This document shows, in pieces, positions 17,809 through 27,159 of a DNA stretch of 62,633 nt. The position numbers were made by a program, and so were the translations under genes. The notes beneath the pieces were generated by a model. The model made no database searches and was not told the DNA's origin. It saw only the letters and a program-made list of their open reading frames with translations. The DNA comes from Dehalococcoidia bacterium (GTDB lineage Bacteria > Chloroflexota > Dehalococcoidia > Tepidiformales > Tepidiformaceae), in the NCBI GenBank assembly GCA_041910095.1, contig JAYRRO010000297.1:1-62633 (forward strand), read 5' to 3'. Within the stretch, counting starts at the first letter, position 1. Each line of letters opens with the position of its first letter.

Positions 17809-19085
17809 CAGATCACCATCTTCATGCGGAGGCGGCGGAGTTCGGCGGGTTCGAGGCCGAGGAGTTCGCCGTAGACGTCTTCGTTGTGCTCGCCGAGGTG
17901 CGGAGCGCGGCCGCGCTGCATCCAGGGCGTGGCGCTGAGCTTGAAGGGCGCGCCGGGGTAGGTGAACGCCTCGCCCAGGTCCTCGTGGGTGACGCGCGTG
18001 TAGTAGTCCCGGGCCGCGAGCTGCTTACTCTCGGCGATATCAGCAGGGCTGAAGACGGGCGCCCAGCCGGCATTCCGGGCCTGTGCTTCGCGCACCAGGT
18101 CTTCCTTCAGCTTCGTCCGGCAGAAGGCGATCATCGTCTCCTCGACCTTCGTGCGGTCCTCGACCGAGAGGGGAACGAGGGCGGTGAGCTTCTCGCGCCA
18201 CTCGGGGGCGTCGAGGCCGTTCGCCTCGCCGGTCTCGGCGAGCCAATCGATGATGGCGTTTGCGCCCGGGCCGATGAGGTGTCCGACCTGGAGGGCAGCG
18301 ACCCAGCCGTCCCTCGTCTCGAAGAGGTAGCGAGCGCCCATCTGGCCGTTGTTGATGCGGCGGATGCCCGGCCCGAACATGTCGAACCCGGAGATGTCCC
18401 AGGTCGGTGAGGCATGGTCCAGGGCGTTGACGACGGCTTCCTGCATCGAGGCATCGACGTGCTGGCCGATGCCGCCGTTGACGCCCCGCGCGTAGAGGGC
18501 GGTCATCGCGCCCACGCCGGCCTGGATGTTGACCTGCGTGAGGGCCTGCGGGGCGAGGATGTGGACGGGACCGCGATCCGGGTCGCCGGTGACGGACATG
18601 AGCCCGCCCATGGCCGCGCCGACGATGTCGGTGGCGTGCCAGGAACGGTAGGGCCCGGTCTGGCCGAAGTTGGTGATGCTGACGACCACGATGCCCGGGT
18701 TCACGGCGCTCAGCGTGGTGTAGTCGAGGCCGACGCTCTCGGCCGTCGGCGGCATGCAGGTCTCGATGACGATGTCGGCGGTGGCAACAAGCCGCTGGAC
18801 GAGTTCGCGGCCGGCGGCCAGCTGCAGCTGGCAGGTGATGGACTTCTTGCCGGCGTTCATCGCCCACCACCAGAGGCTCGTCTCCATGCCTTCCTCGCCA
18901 CGGAAGAAGGGGCCGCGAGCGCGGGCGGGGTCCCCGGCACGGGGTGGTTCGATCTTGATGACGTCAGCCCCGAGTTCGCCGAGGAGGCGGGCGCAGAGCT
19001 GGCCCTTTTCGTCGGAGAAGTCGAGCACGCGATAGCCGGCGAGCGGGCCAGCAGGATGAGGAAGCGGGACGGGCGAAGAGGCCAT
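17808..19085 (-). CDS. Family III CoA-transferase (CaiB/BaiF family)
   Basis: 'GYRVLDFSDEKGQLCARLLGELGADVIKIEPP'. Confidence 0.85.
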   Translation of the reverse strand: MASSPVPLPHPAGPLAGYRVLDFSDEKGQLCARLLGELGADVIKIEPPRAGDPARARGPFFRGEEGMETSLWWWAMNAGKKSITCQLQLAAGRELVQRLVATADIVIETCMPPTAESVGLDYTTLSAVNPGIVVVSITNFGQTGPYRSWHATDIVGAAMGGLMSVTGDPDRGPVHILAPQALTQVNIQAGVGAMTALYARGVNGGIGQHVDASMQEAVVNALDHASPTWDISGFDMFGPGIRRINNGQMGARYLFETRDGWVAALQVGHLIGPGANAIIDWLAETGEANGLDAPEWREKLTALVPLSVEDRTKVEETMIAFCRTKLKEDLVREAQARNAGWAPVFSPADIAESKQLAARDYYTRVTHEDLGEAFTYPGAPFKLSATPWMQRGRAPHLGEHNEDVYGELLGLEPAELRRLRMKMVI

Positions 19086-19097
19086 TATCCGGTTGTT

Positions 19098-20330
19098 CTA
19101 CCCCGTCGGGACGGCGTGTTCAAACGCACCGGGCTCGGGGGAGCGCCGCCGGGCAACGACATCGGGCGCCGGGGCGGCCTGTCCGATGAGGCCGTCGAGG
19201 CCATCGGCGATGCGCTGGCGCAGGTTGTCGAGGCCCCAGCGCTTCTCGGCGGCCACCAGCACGACGTTCGGCGGCGGGAGACCGGCCGAAACGATGGCGT
19301 CGCGGGCATCGTCGAAGCTTTCGACGCTGGCGCCGTCTTCGTCGCGCACGAGGTCCACCTTGTTGAGCACGAGCAGGGCGGGCTTCGCGCCGACCCCCAG
19401 CTCGGTCAGTGTATCCTCGACCGTGCGGGTGTGCTCAAAGGCGTTGGGATGGGCGATGTCGATGACGTGGAGGAGGAGGTCCGCCTCTTCGAGTTCCTCG
19501 AGCGTCGCGCGAAACGAGGCGACCAGGTCGTGCGGGAGCTTCTGGATGAAGCCCACGGTGTCCGTCAGGAGCACCGTCTCGCCGGTTGGGAGGCGGAGGC
19601 GGCGGGTGACCGGGTCGAGGGTGGCGAAAAGCTTGTCCTCGGCGAGCACATCGGCCCCCGAGAGCGCGCGCATCAGGGTCGACTTGCCGGCGTTCGTGTA
19701 CCCCACGAGCGCGACGACGCGCATGTTGTTTCGCTGGCGATTCTGGCGGTAGAGCGCGCGCTGCGTGCGGACATCCTCGAGGTCGCGCTTGATGCGGCTG
19801 ATGCGGGAACGGATGAGTCGGCGGTCGGTTTCGATCTGGGTCTCGCCCGGGCCGCGGGTGCCGATCGCGCCTTCCATGCGTTCGAGGTGGGACCACTGGC
19901 CGGCCAGGCGGGGGAGCAGGTACTGCATCTGCGCGAGCGCGACCTGCATGCGGCCTTCACGCGTCTGCGCGCGTGTCGCGAAGATGTCGAGGATGAGCGC
20001 GGTGCGATCGATGACCTTCGTGCCGAGCGCGCGTTCGAGGTTGCGCTGCTGCGAGGGCGAAAGTTCGTCATCGAAGATGACGACGTTGGCGCGCAGCCGT
20101 TTCGTCTCCTCGACGACCTCCTCGACTTTGCCCTTGCCGATGTAGGTGGCGACGTTCGGGTGTTCCAGGCGCTGGCTGGTGCTGCCCACTACCTCGCCGC
20201 CGGCCGTCCGGGCCAACTCCGCGAGCTCGTCCAGCGACTCTCGGGCGGGGAGCAGGGTGCCATGGATATCGGCGGCAACGAGGAATGCGCGGTCGCGCTG
20301 GCGTTCCGTGGAATGGAGGGGCGAAGGCAT
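19098..20330 (-). CDS. hflX: GTPase HflX
   Basis: HflX N-domain 'YIGKGKVEE...VIFDDELSPSQQRNLE...DRTALILDIFA', G1 'GYTNAGKST' and G3 'DTVGF'. The start is set at ATG 20330. The 841-aa track ORF is an artefactual upstream extension. Confidence 0.93.
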   Translation of the reverse strand: MPSPLHSTERQRDRAFLVAADIHGTLLPARESLDELAELARTAGGEVVGSTSQRLEHPNVATYIGKGKVEEVVEETKRLRANVVIFDDELSPSQQRNLERALGTKVIDRTALILDIFATRAQTREGRMQVALAQMQYLLPRLAGQWSHLERMEGAIGTRGPGETQIETDRRLIRSRISRIKRDLEDVRTQRALYRQNRQRNNMRVVALVGYTNAGKSTLMRALSGADVLAEDKLFATLDPVTRRLRLPTGETVLLTDTVGFIQKLPHDLVASFRATLEELEEADLLLHVIDIAHPNAFEHTRTVEDTLTELGVGAKPALLVLNKVDLVRDEDGASVESFDDARDAIVSAGLPPPNVVLVAAEKRWGLDNLRQRIADGLDGLIGQAAPAPDVVARRRSPEPGAFEHAVPTG

Positions 20331-20386
20331 GACCTCCAGCGTACAGGCTCGGGGGTACCGGCGCGCGGGCAAGCGGGCCTTCGCCG

Positions 20387-21073
20387 CTAGACGAACGGCC
20401 CCGGGAAGAGGAGGACAGCGAGCGCACCCGCGGCGAGGTAGGGCCCGTAGCTGAAGTACGTCTTGCGGCGGCCCGTGAGCATGAGGAACGCCGACGGCAC
20501 GGCCGCCAGCAACGCGCCGAAGACGATCGCGGGGAGAAACGCGGGCCAGCCCGTGAGGAGCCCGATGAGGACCGCCAGCTTCACGTCGCCGAGGCCCAGG
20601 GCGTTCCCAAGGACGACACCCAGTGCGAAGACAGCGCCGGCCCCGATCACGGCGATGCCACCGCCGAGCAGAATCGCCGCGACGTCGCGGTCGGGCCAGG
20701 CCCAGCAGAACGCGAGCGCCGCCGCCATGGCCGGGTACGAAAGGCGATTGGGGATGATGCGGCGTTCGAAGTCGGTGCTGGCGAGCACGCAAAGGATGGC
20801 GCCGAACGCGGCCGTGAGTAGCCCGGGGCCGATGGCGTAGTGCCCGGGCCGGAGGGCGACGGCCGCGACGAGCGCGCAGGCCAGTCCCAGCCCGGAGCGA
20901 ACGCCGAGTGCGCGCCTGCCGGTGGCGGCGGCGCCCCGGTACTCGGGCTGGCGATAGAGCAGGTGCTGCCGCGTGCCGGCCAGCCAGCCAGCGCCGAAGC
21001 CACCGATGGTGCCGGCGCCCGCGAGGAGGAGTTCCATGCCTTGAATGTCGGCCGGTTGGGGTTGCAGGCGCAT
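20387..21073 (-). CDS. Prepilin (type IV leader) peptidase, A24 family, peptidase domain only
   Basis: Polytopic membrane protein with the two catalytic Asp contexts 'STDFERRIIPN' and 'GLGDVKL'. ATG 21037 is an alternative start. Confidence 0.7.
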   Translation of the reverse strand: MRLQPQPADIQGMELLLAGAGTIGGFGAGWLAGTRQHLLYRQPEYRGAAATGRRALGVRSGLGLACALVAAVALRPGHYAIGPGLLTAAFGAILCVLASTDFERRIIPNRLSYPAMAAALAFCWAWPDRDVAAILLGGGIAVIGAGAVFALGVVLGNALGLGDVKLAVLIGLLTGWPAFLPAIVFGALLAAVPSAFLMLTGRRKTYFSYGPYLAAGALAVLLFPGPFV

Positions 21074-21129
21074 CGGGGCCTGCCCTCAGCGATGTCGGGC
21101 GGCTACACTCCGCGTCCGTGGGAGGGCGC

Positions 21130-22425
21130 GTGAACGACGGCATCGATTGGGATGGGGCCGCCCGGGAGGCGACCGAACTGCTCGCCGAGTACCTGCGCAT
21201 CGACACCTCGAATCCTCCCGGGAACGAGGCGCTCGCGGTCGACTTCCTGTCGCGCATCCTGGCAAAGGACGGCGTGCCGTTCGAGGTCGCGGAATCGGCG
21301 CCGGGCCGTTCGAACCTCATCGCCCGCCTCGGGCCCACCGAACGGGTGGTGACGCTGCTGAACCACACCGATGTCGTACCGGTCGAGCGCCAGTACTGGG
21401 ACGTGGACCCGTTCGGTGGCGAGGTGCGCGACGGCTTCCTGTATGGGCGAGGCGCGCTCGACATGAAGAGCATGGGCATCATCGAGTTGATGACGCTGCT
21501 GCTCCTGAAGCGCCAGCGGGTGCCGCTGCGCCGGGGCCTGGCCTTCCTCGCGGCGGCCGACGAGGAGGCGGGGAGCGACTTCGGCGTGACGTGGCTCGCC
21601 GCGCACCGCCCGGACTGGCTCACGACCGACCTGGTGATGAACGAAGGCGCCTACGGGCTGACCGGCAAGAACGGCTCGGGCTTCGTCTTCGAGCTGGCCG
21701 TGAGCGAGAAGGTGCCCGTGTGGGTTGAGCTGACCGTCACCGGCCGCCCCGGCCATGGGTCGGTGCCGCACGCCGACAACTGCGCCGAGCACCTGGTGCG
21801 GGCCCTCACCCGGGTGGCGAACTGGAACCAGGAGCTGCGCATGACGCCCGTGATGCGCGCGCACCTGGATGCCATGGCGAAGGCGGGCTTCTCGGCGGCG
21901 ATGGACGATGCCGCCGCGTTGCGGGCGGCAGGGCGCGCGCCGGGGCTGCGTGCGCGCCTCGGGAGTTCCATTTCGCTGACCACGATCGAGACCGGGATCA
22001 AGGTGAACGTCATCCCGGCCACCGCCCGGGCGACGCTCGACTGCCGCCTTCTCCCGGATGTCGAACCGGAAGCCTTTCTCGCGGAGCTGCGAGACGTGAT
22101 CGATGACGAGCGCGTGAGCGTGCGCGTGCTGAACCGGCTGTACGAAGGTGGCGAGTCCGCATTCGATGGCGAGTTCGTGCGAGTGGTCCGGGAGGTGATC
22201 ACCGAGCTGGTCGAAGGCGCGCACCTCGCCCCCGAACTGACAACGGGGTTCACCGACTCGCGGATCTACCGGCTGCGTGGCGTGCCGGCGTACGGTTTCA
22301 TCCCCTGCCTCGTGGAACCGGAGGACCTTGCGGGGATCCACGGGCACAACGAACGAATCAGCATCGAAAACCTGCGGTTGGGGATGCAGGTGCTGTACGA
22401 GGTCGTGCGGCGGCTCTGCGCGTAA
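21130..22425 (+). CDS. M20 family metallopeptidase (ArgE/DapE/ACY1 type)
   Basis: 'LLNHTDVVP', 'GRGALDMK' and 'AADEEAGS'. GTG 21130 is preceded by GGGAGGG. Confidence 0.85.
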   Translation: MNDGIDWDGAAREATELLAEYLRIDTSNPPGNEALAVDFLSRILAKDGVPFEVAESAPGRSNLIARLGPTERVVTLLNHTDVVPVERQYWDVDPFGGEVRDGFLYGRGALDMKSMGIIELMTLLLLKRQRVPLRRGLAFLAAADEEAGSDFGVTWLAAHRPDWLTTDLVMNEGAYGLTGKNGSGFVFELAVSEKVPVWVELTVTGRPGHGSVPHADNCAEHLVRALTRVANWNQELRMTPVMRAHLDAMAKAGFSAAMDDAAALRAAGRAPGLRARLGSSISLTTIETGIKVNVIPATARATLDCRLLPDVEPEAFLAELRDVIDDERVSVRVLNRLYEGGESAFDGEFVRVVREVITELVEGAHLAPELTTGFTDSRIYRLRGVPAYGFIPCLVEPEDLAGIHGHNERISIENLRLGMQVLYEVVRRLCA

Positions 22426-22428
22426 GGG

Positions 22429-22758
22429 TCAGGGCGCCTGGGCCAGGGCATCGAGCTCCGCGATGAGAGCTTCGAGCTGCGCGGTTGAGAGCTCGGCGGC
22501 GGGGTCGTCGCCGAGGGACGCGTACCAGCGCCGGGCGAGATCACGCACGCGGGCATCGGCGCCGCCAGCCGTGCCCGGCGGCGCGCGCCGGACCAGTGGC
22601 GAAAGCGGCCTCCCGAGGTCGTCCAGGGTCTTCTCCCCGCGCAGGATGGCGATGGCGTCGCGAACGTGCGCGGGAGTGACATCGGCCACGCCGACGTAGT
22701 TTGCGACAGCGGAGGCGGTCGTGAGGATATCGAGAAAGCGGATGGCGTCCGGTTCCAC
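22429..22758 (-). CDS. Hypothetical small protein
   Basis: GTG 22758 lies 2 nt after the stop of the upstream tri-domain gene. No family was recognised. The coding call rests on position and codon usage only. Confidence 0.4.
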   Translation of the reverse strand: MEPDAIRFLDILTTASAVANYVGVADVTPAHVRDAIAILRGEKTLDDLGRPLSPLVRRAPPGTAGGADARVRDLARRWYASLGDDPAAELSTAQLEALIAELDALAQAP

Positions 22759-22760
22759 GC

Positions 22761-25223
22761 TCAGGCCTCGCGGACGGCCTGCTCGAGTGTGGCGGTGGCG
22801 TCGGTGTAGCTGGTGCCGGGCTCGAACACAACAGGCTGGCCGACGCTGACGCGCACGCGGGCGCGCGGGTGCGGGAGCCACTTGCCTTCATAGAAGCCCG
22901 GGCGCTGGACATCGATGCGCATGGGCAGCACAGGCACGCCTGTCTCGACCGCGAGCAGGCCGACGCCGCTTTTGAAGCGCTGGGTCGGGCCCATCACCGT
23001 GAGCTTGCCTTCGGGGAAGATGAGGACGTTCCAGCCGCCATCGAGCATGCGGGCGACGTACTCGAGGCTTTCGCGAACGCCACTACCCTCCTTGGCGAAG
23101 GGGAAGGCGTTGCCGAGAAGGCTCGCCCAGAAGCCCCGGAAACGATTGCCGAAGATGTCGCTGGCGGCGGCGGCGATGGCCACGCGCTGGCGGAGGCCAT
23201 GGGGCATTGCCGTGAGCAGCATCGCCTGGTCCAGGTGCATGTTGTGGTTGGAGATGATGAGGCAGGGCTCCTTGAGCCCCGCGAGGTTGGCTCGGCCCCG
23301 CACCTGCACCGAGTACAAGGGCCGCAGCGCGGGCAGCACGAACCCGGCCATCATCAGGCGGCGGGCCAGGCGCGCCGGGCGCGTGCGCGGCCAGGTTGGG
23401 AAGTTCGGGGCTTTGCGCCGCCGCTCGCTGCGGCTCACCATCTGGCGAAGCTCGGCGAGGGTGGTGTTGGGGAGCACTTCGGCATCATCGATGAAGGCGC
23501 CCAGCTCTTCCTCGATCGCGGAGAGCAACTCGACCCGGCCCAGGGAATCGAGTCCCAGGTCGCCCGCGAGTTCCGCGTCCTCCCGGATTGCCTCCGCGCG
23601 TTCGGCACCGGCGCATTGTGCGACCAACCGCAGCAGTGGGTCACCTTCGACAGCGGCCGGGCTGCTGCTGGCCCCCTGCGGTTCGTGGCCCGCGAGGGCT
23701 TCGAGGACGAGGTTGCGGCGAACCTTAAGGGTGTGGGTGCGGGGGAAGTCCTCGCCCTGCCATGTAGAGAAGCTCATCACCTGCTGGCGGCTATCGAGCT
23801 CGCGGTTGGCCTCGCGCACGGCATCGGCGGCGGCGCCGGGAGTATTTTCGAGGAGCACGGCGTGGAGGCGCACGAGGCCGTCCTTTGGGAGGCCCACGAC
23901 GACGGCTTCGGTGATGCCGGGCTGGTTGCCGAGCACGCGCTCGATGTCCTCGGGGTACACGTTCTGGCCATCCGAGAGGACGATCAGGTCCTTCTTGCGG
24001 CCGCGAAGGTAGAGGTAGCCGTCGTCCAGGTAGCCGATGTCGCCGGTCTGGTACCAGCCGTCATCGAAGGTCGCGGCGGTAGCGGCTTCATTGCGCCAGT
24101 AGCCGCTGAAGACGCCCGGTCCGCGGACCTGCACTTCGCCATCGCGGGCGATGCGCACCTGCGTGCCAGGGAGGGGCTTGCCCACGCTGCGGCGGCGCCG
24201 GTCGTGGCGGGGATTGAGGGAGACGATGGGGGAGCACTCGGTCGTGCCGTAGCCTTCGACGATGTCGATGCCCATGGCCTCCCACTTCGCCTGGAGCGCG
24301 GGGTCGAGCGCGGCGCCACCGCTGGCCATGAAGTCGAGTTCGCCGCCGAAGCGCTTGAGGACGCTGCCGAAGAGACGCCGGCGGGCGGGACCCGGCAGTC
24401 GCTTCGCGACCCGCCGGAGGCGTTCGAGCAGCTTCGTCCGGCCGGTGTTTGCGGCTTCGCGTTCGATGGCGCTCATCAGCAGCTGCAGCGCCTGGGGCAC
24501 CATGATCATCACGGTGGGCTTCCAGTCCTGCATGGTGCGGGCGAGTGCCGACGGCTGGCGGCTCGTCGGGTATGCCACGGCGGCGCCGACGGCGATGGGC
24601 GCGAAGCAGCCGCCGGTTTGTTCGAACATGTGACTCAGGGGCAGGAGCGAGAGCAGGCGCGTGTTCTCGTCCAGGTGGATGGCCTTCAGCCCGGCGCGCA
24701 CGTTGGAGGCGATGTTCCCGTGCGTGAGCATCACGCCCTTCGGGTCACCCGTCGTGCCAGACGTGTAGATGATCTCGGCGAGGGTGTCCGGGGTGATCGG
24801 GGCCGGTTCGACCTTCCCATCGAGGGGGACATCGAACGCGCCGAATTCGAGCACCGGCACTTCCAGGGCGCGAAGGACCTCCGCTTCAGCGCGGCCCGCG
24901 AACGCGAGCTTCGGCCCGGTGAGCCCCACGACGCGTTCGACGAATTCGCGGCCGCTGCGCACGTCGAGCGGGACGACGGCGGCGCCGCAGAGGAACGAGC
25001 CGAACATCGCGGCAACCCAGTCGGGCTGATTGGCGGCCCAGATGACGACGCGGTCTCCGGGACCGGTCTGCCGTTCGCGCAGGAGGCGCGCGTAGGCATG
25101 CGAGCGCTGCTCAAGCTGCGTGTAGTTGAGACGGAGGGTGCGGATACCCGCGCGAATGACGGTCGCGGTGTGGTTCGGGTAGCGCCGGGCCGACTCCTCG
25201 AGGAGGGCCGTCAACGTGTCCAT
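22761..25223 (-). CDS. Tri-domain protein: acyl-AMP/CoA ligase, phosphopantetheine carrier and lysophospholipid (PlsC-type) acyltransferase
   Basis: Adenylation motifs 'YTSGTTGDPKGV' and 'GYGTTE'. Carrier motif 'GDLGLDSLGRVEL'. Acyltransferase motifs 'NHNMHLD' (HX4D) and 'FPEGK'. The start is ATG 25223. Confidence 0.85.
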   Translation of the reverse strand: MDTLTALLEESARRYPNHTATVIRAGIRTLRLNYTQLEQRSHAYARLLRERQTGPGDRVVIWAANQPDWVAAMFGSFLCGAAVVPLDVRSGREFVERVVGLTGPKLAFAGRAEAEVLRALEVPVLEFGAFDVPLDGKVEPAPITPDTLAEIIYTSGTTGDPKGVMLTHGNIASNVRAGLKAIHLDENTRLLSLLPLSHMFEQTGGCFAPIAVGAAVAYPTSRQPSALARTMQDWKPTVMIMVPQALQLLMSAIEREAANTGRTKLLERLRRVAKRLPGPARRRLFGSVLKRFGGELDFMASGGAALDPALQAKWEAMGIDIVEGYGTTECSPIVSLNPRHDRRRRSVGKPLPGTQVRIARDGEVQVRGPGVFSGYWRNEAATAATFDDGWYQTGDIGYLDDGYLYLRGRKKDLIVLSDGQNVYPEDIERVLGNQPGITEAVVVGLPKDGLVRLHAVLLENTPGAAADAVREANRELDSRQQVMSFSTWQGEDFPRTHTLKVRRNLVLEALAGHEPQGASSSPAAVEGDPLLRLVAQCAGAERAEAIREDAELAGDLGLDSLGRVELLSAIEEELGAFIDDAEVLPNTTLAELRQMVSRSERRRKAPNFPTWPRTRPARLARRLMMAGFVLPALRPLYSVQVRGRANLAGLKEPCLIISNHNMHLDQAMLLTAMPHGLRQRVAIAAAASDIFGNRFRGFWASLLGNAFPFAKEGSGVRESLEYVARMLDGGWNVLIFPEGKLTVMGPTQRFKSGVGLLAVETGVPVLPMRIDVQRPGFYEGKWLPHPRARVRVSVGQPVVFEPGTSYTDATATLEQAVREA

Positions 25224-25263
25224 GGCGGTCAGCCTACGCCTTTCGGGGGGTGAGCAGGAACCT

Positions 25264-26058
25264 TCAACTCGCGGCGGAGGCGGCGAGCGTGCGGGCGAAA
25301 TCGCGGGCGCGCTGGTCGGCGCCGCCGAGGATGGGACGGAAGTGGCTGAAGACGAGGGTTTCGAACTCAAGCCCGGCCATTTTGCGAATCGAGGCGGCCG
25401 CTTCCGTCATGTCCTCGCTGAAGAGGCGGCTGGGCAGCATGAGGCGCCCAAACTTGTACTGCATGGAATCGCCCACCAGGAGGACGCCGCGGTTGGGGAA
25501 GAGGATGGAGATGTGGCCCGCCGTGTGCCCTGGCGTGTGCACGATGCGGAGCCCGCCCAGCGCGGGAAGTTCGTCGCCGTCCTGGAGTACGACATCGACG
25601 CGGGCGCGGCCGGGGTCGTTGCGGAGGAGGTAGGGCTGGATGACTTTCGCGAGCAGCGGGTGCTGGAACGGATTGGGCAGGGGCTGGTCGCTCTCGACGT
25701 GGGCGGCTTCGGCGATGTGGACGCCCGTCTTGCCCGGGGCGAACTTCTGAATCTCCGGCAGGCCGCCGACGTGGTCGATGTGGTAATGGGTGATGAGAAT
25801 GCGCGCGATGTCAGCCGGGGAGCGGCCGAGCTCCTTGAGAGCGGTGAGGATGCGCTCGCCGGAGCCGGGGTTGCCGCTGTCGATGAGGGTGATCTCGTCC
25901 TCGACGATGAGGTAGCAGCGCGAACCGCGCGTGCGAACCTGGTAGAGCCCGGGCACGATTTCCCGGGCGAGGCGAAAGGGCGCGGGCTTCACCTCGTCCC
26001 AGCGGGCGCTCCATTCGGCGCGCCGCTCGTCGAGTGTCCTCCCGGGCTTTCGTCCCAT
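25264..26058 (-). CDS. MBL-fold metallo-hydrolase
   Basis: 'ITHYHIDHVGG' (HxHxDH) and downstream His motifs 'TPGHTAGH'. Confidence 0.85.
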   Translation of the reverse strand: MGRKPGRTLDERRAEWSARWDEVKPAPFRLAREIVPGLYQVRTRGSRCYLIVEDEITLIDSGNPGSGERILTALKELGRSPADIARILITHYHIDHVGGLPEIQKFAPGKTGVHIAEAAHVESDQPLPNPFQHPLLAKVIQPYLLRNDPGRARVDVVLQDGDELPALGGLRIVHTPGHTAGHISILFPNRGVLLVGDSMQYKFGRLMLPSRLFSEDMTEAAASIRKMAGLEFETLVFSHFRPILGGADQRARDFARTLAASAAS

Positions 26059-26273
26059 CGTTGTAGCTTACCAGCCGGAAAACCGTCCGCGTGTGGGGAT
26101 TCCGGGATGGGAGCGACGGGCATGCGAGTACGACTGCCGGCCGCATGCGGAGCGGCTGGCTCGCGGGCGGGCTGCTCGCACACGCGCAAGGAGGGACGGC
26201 CTATAATCGGAGTTCGCACCTCCCCGGGTGTCCCGGGAATGTCCGATTCTTTAGAGCCAGGAGCACCATCGCC

Positions 26274-26717
26274 ATGAACCTGTTCCGCAGCCTGTTCCGC
26301 CCCGGCAAATTCGCTGACGCGCACTGCGACGGCCCCTGCGGGGTGTATGACCCGGCATCGGCGCGCATCGCGGCCGAGGCCGTCCTTTCGATGGAGAAGA
26401 AGATCGCGGCCCTCGGCGACGCCCAGGATATCGCCACGGTCAACACGCGCACCCGCTTCATCGCCATCAAGGAGCAGCAGGCCGAAGTCTGCAAGCACGA
26501 GCTCGACGTGCTCTGGCACGACTACTTCAAGCCGGAGCACCTGGAGAAGTACCCGAACCTCCACGACACGTTCTGGAAGGCGGCGAAGCTCTGCTCGAAG
26601 AACAAGACGGAGCAGGACCCGGCGAACGGCGAGGCCCTGCTCCAGGCCGTGGAGGAGATCCACGGCATGTATTGGGGCTCGAAGGGCAAGGACGTGCCCT
26701 TCATTCGCGCCAGCTGA
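26274..26717 (+). CDS. sodN: Nickel superoxide dismutase precursor
   Basis: A 16-aa leader 'MNLFRSLFRPGKFADA' is followed by the Ni-hook 'HCDGPCGVYDP'. A TATAAT at 26202-26207 lies upstream and an AGGAG Shine-Dalgarno is present. Confidence 0.9.
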   Translation: MNLFRSLFRPGKFADAHCDGPCGVYDPASARIAAEAVLSMEKKIAALGDAQDIATVNTRTRFIAIKEQQAEVCKHELDVLWHDYFKPEHLEKYPNLHDTFWKAAKLCSKNKTEQDPANGEALLQAVEEIHGMYWGSKGKDVPFIRAS

Positions 26718-26721
26718 AGCC

Positions 26722-27159
26722 ATGACCGCCGGAGTGATTCCGGAACTCGTGACGGCGGCGCCGGGCAGGCGCCGCCGTTCCGCATCTCCGGCGATCGCCG
26801 GTTCGCTCGTCACCTTCGCGGCCACCCTCGCCGCGGGAGCGCTACTCGCGCGGCGGTACACGCGGTACTGCATTCGCGGCGCGAGCATGGAGCCCGCCTT
26901 CCACGATGGGGACTTCGTCGTGGTCGACCGGGCCGCCTACCGCCGTGCGGCGCCGCGGGCAGGCCAGGTGGTCATCGCGACGGACCCGCGCGAGCCCGCG
27001 CGAACGGTCGTGAAGCGCGCCGCCGAAGTGACCGGCGCGGACGTGACGCTGCTGGGTGACAACGCCGCGCACAGCACCGACAGCCGCATGTACGGCCCGG
27101 TCCCGCGCGAGGCGGTCATCGGGCGAGTAGTCTTCCGGTACTGGCCGCTGCGCCGTTAG
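26722..27159 (+). CDS. sodX: S26-family signal-peptidase-like NiSOD maturation protease
   Basis: 'GASMEPAF..GD.VVVD' and 'GDN...S.DSR..GPV' are S26 motifs. It sits immediately downstream of sodN. Confidence 0.8.
   Translation: MTAGVIPELVTAAPGRRRRSASPAIAGSLVTFAATLAAGALLARRYTRYCIRGASMEPAFHDGDFVVVDRAAYRRAAPRAGQVVIATDPREPARTVVKRAAEVTGADVTLLGDNAAHSTDSRMYGPVPREAVIGRVVFRYWPLRR

Noticed and set aside
18414-20390. 658-aa plus-strand ORF across the CoA-transferase and hflX region
   Set aside because: It is antisense to two genes with clear family motifs. The sequence is low-complexity and rich in Gly, Ala, Arg, Asp and Glu.
19098-21623. 841-aa ORF on the minus strand
   Set aside because: Only the C-terminal 410 aa (from ATG 20330) match HflX. 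The upstream part is Arg/Pro-rich. It overlaps the well-supported prepilin peptidase (another frame, same strand) and the M20 peptidase on the opposite strand. It is a read-through artefact of high GC.
22869-25253. 794-aa plus-strand ORF
   Set aside because: It is antisense to the tri-domain ligase / carrier / acyltransferase gene and has no motifs of its own.
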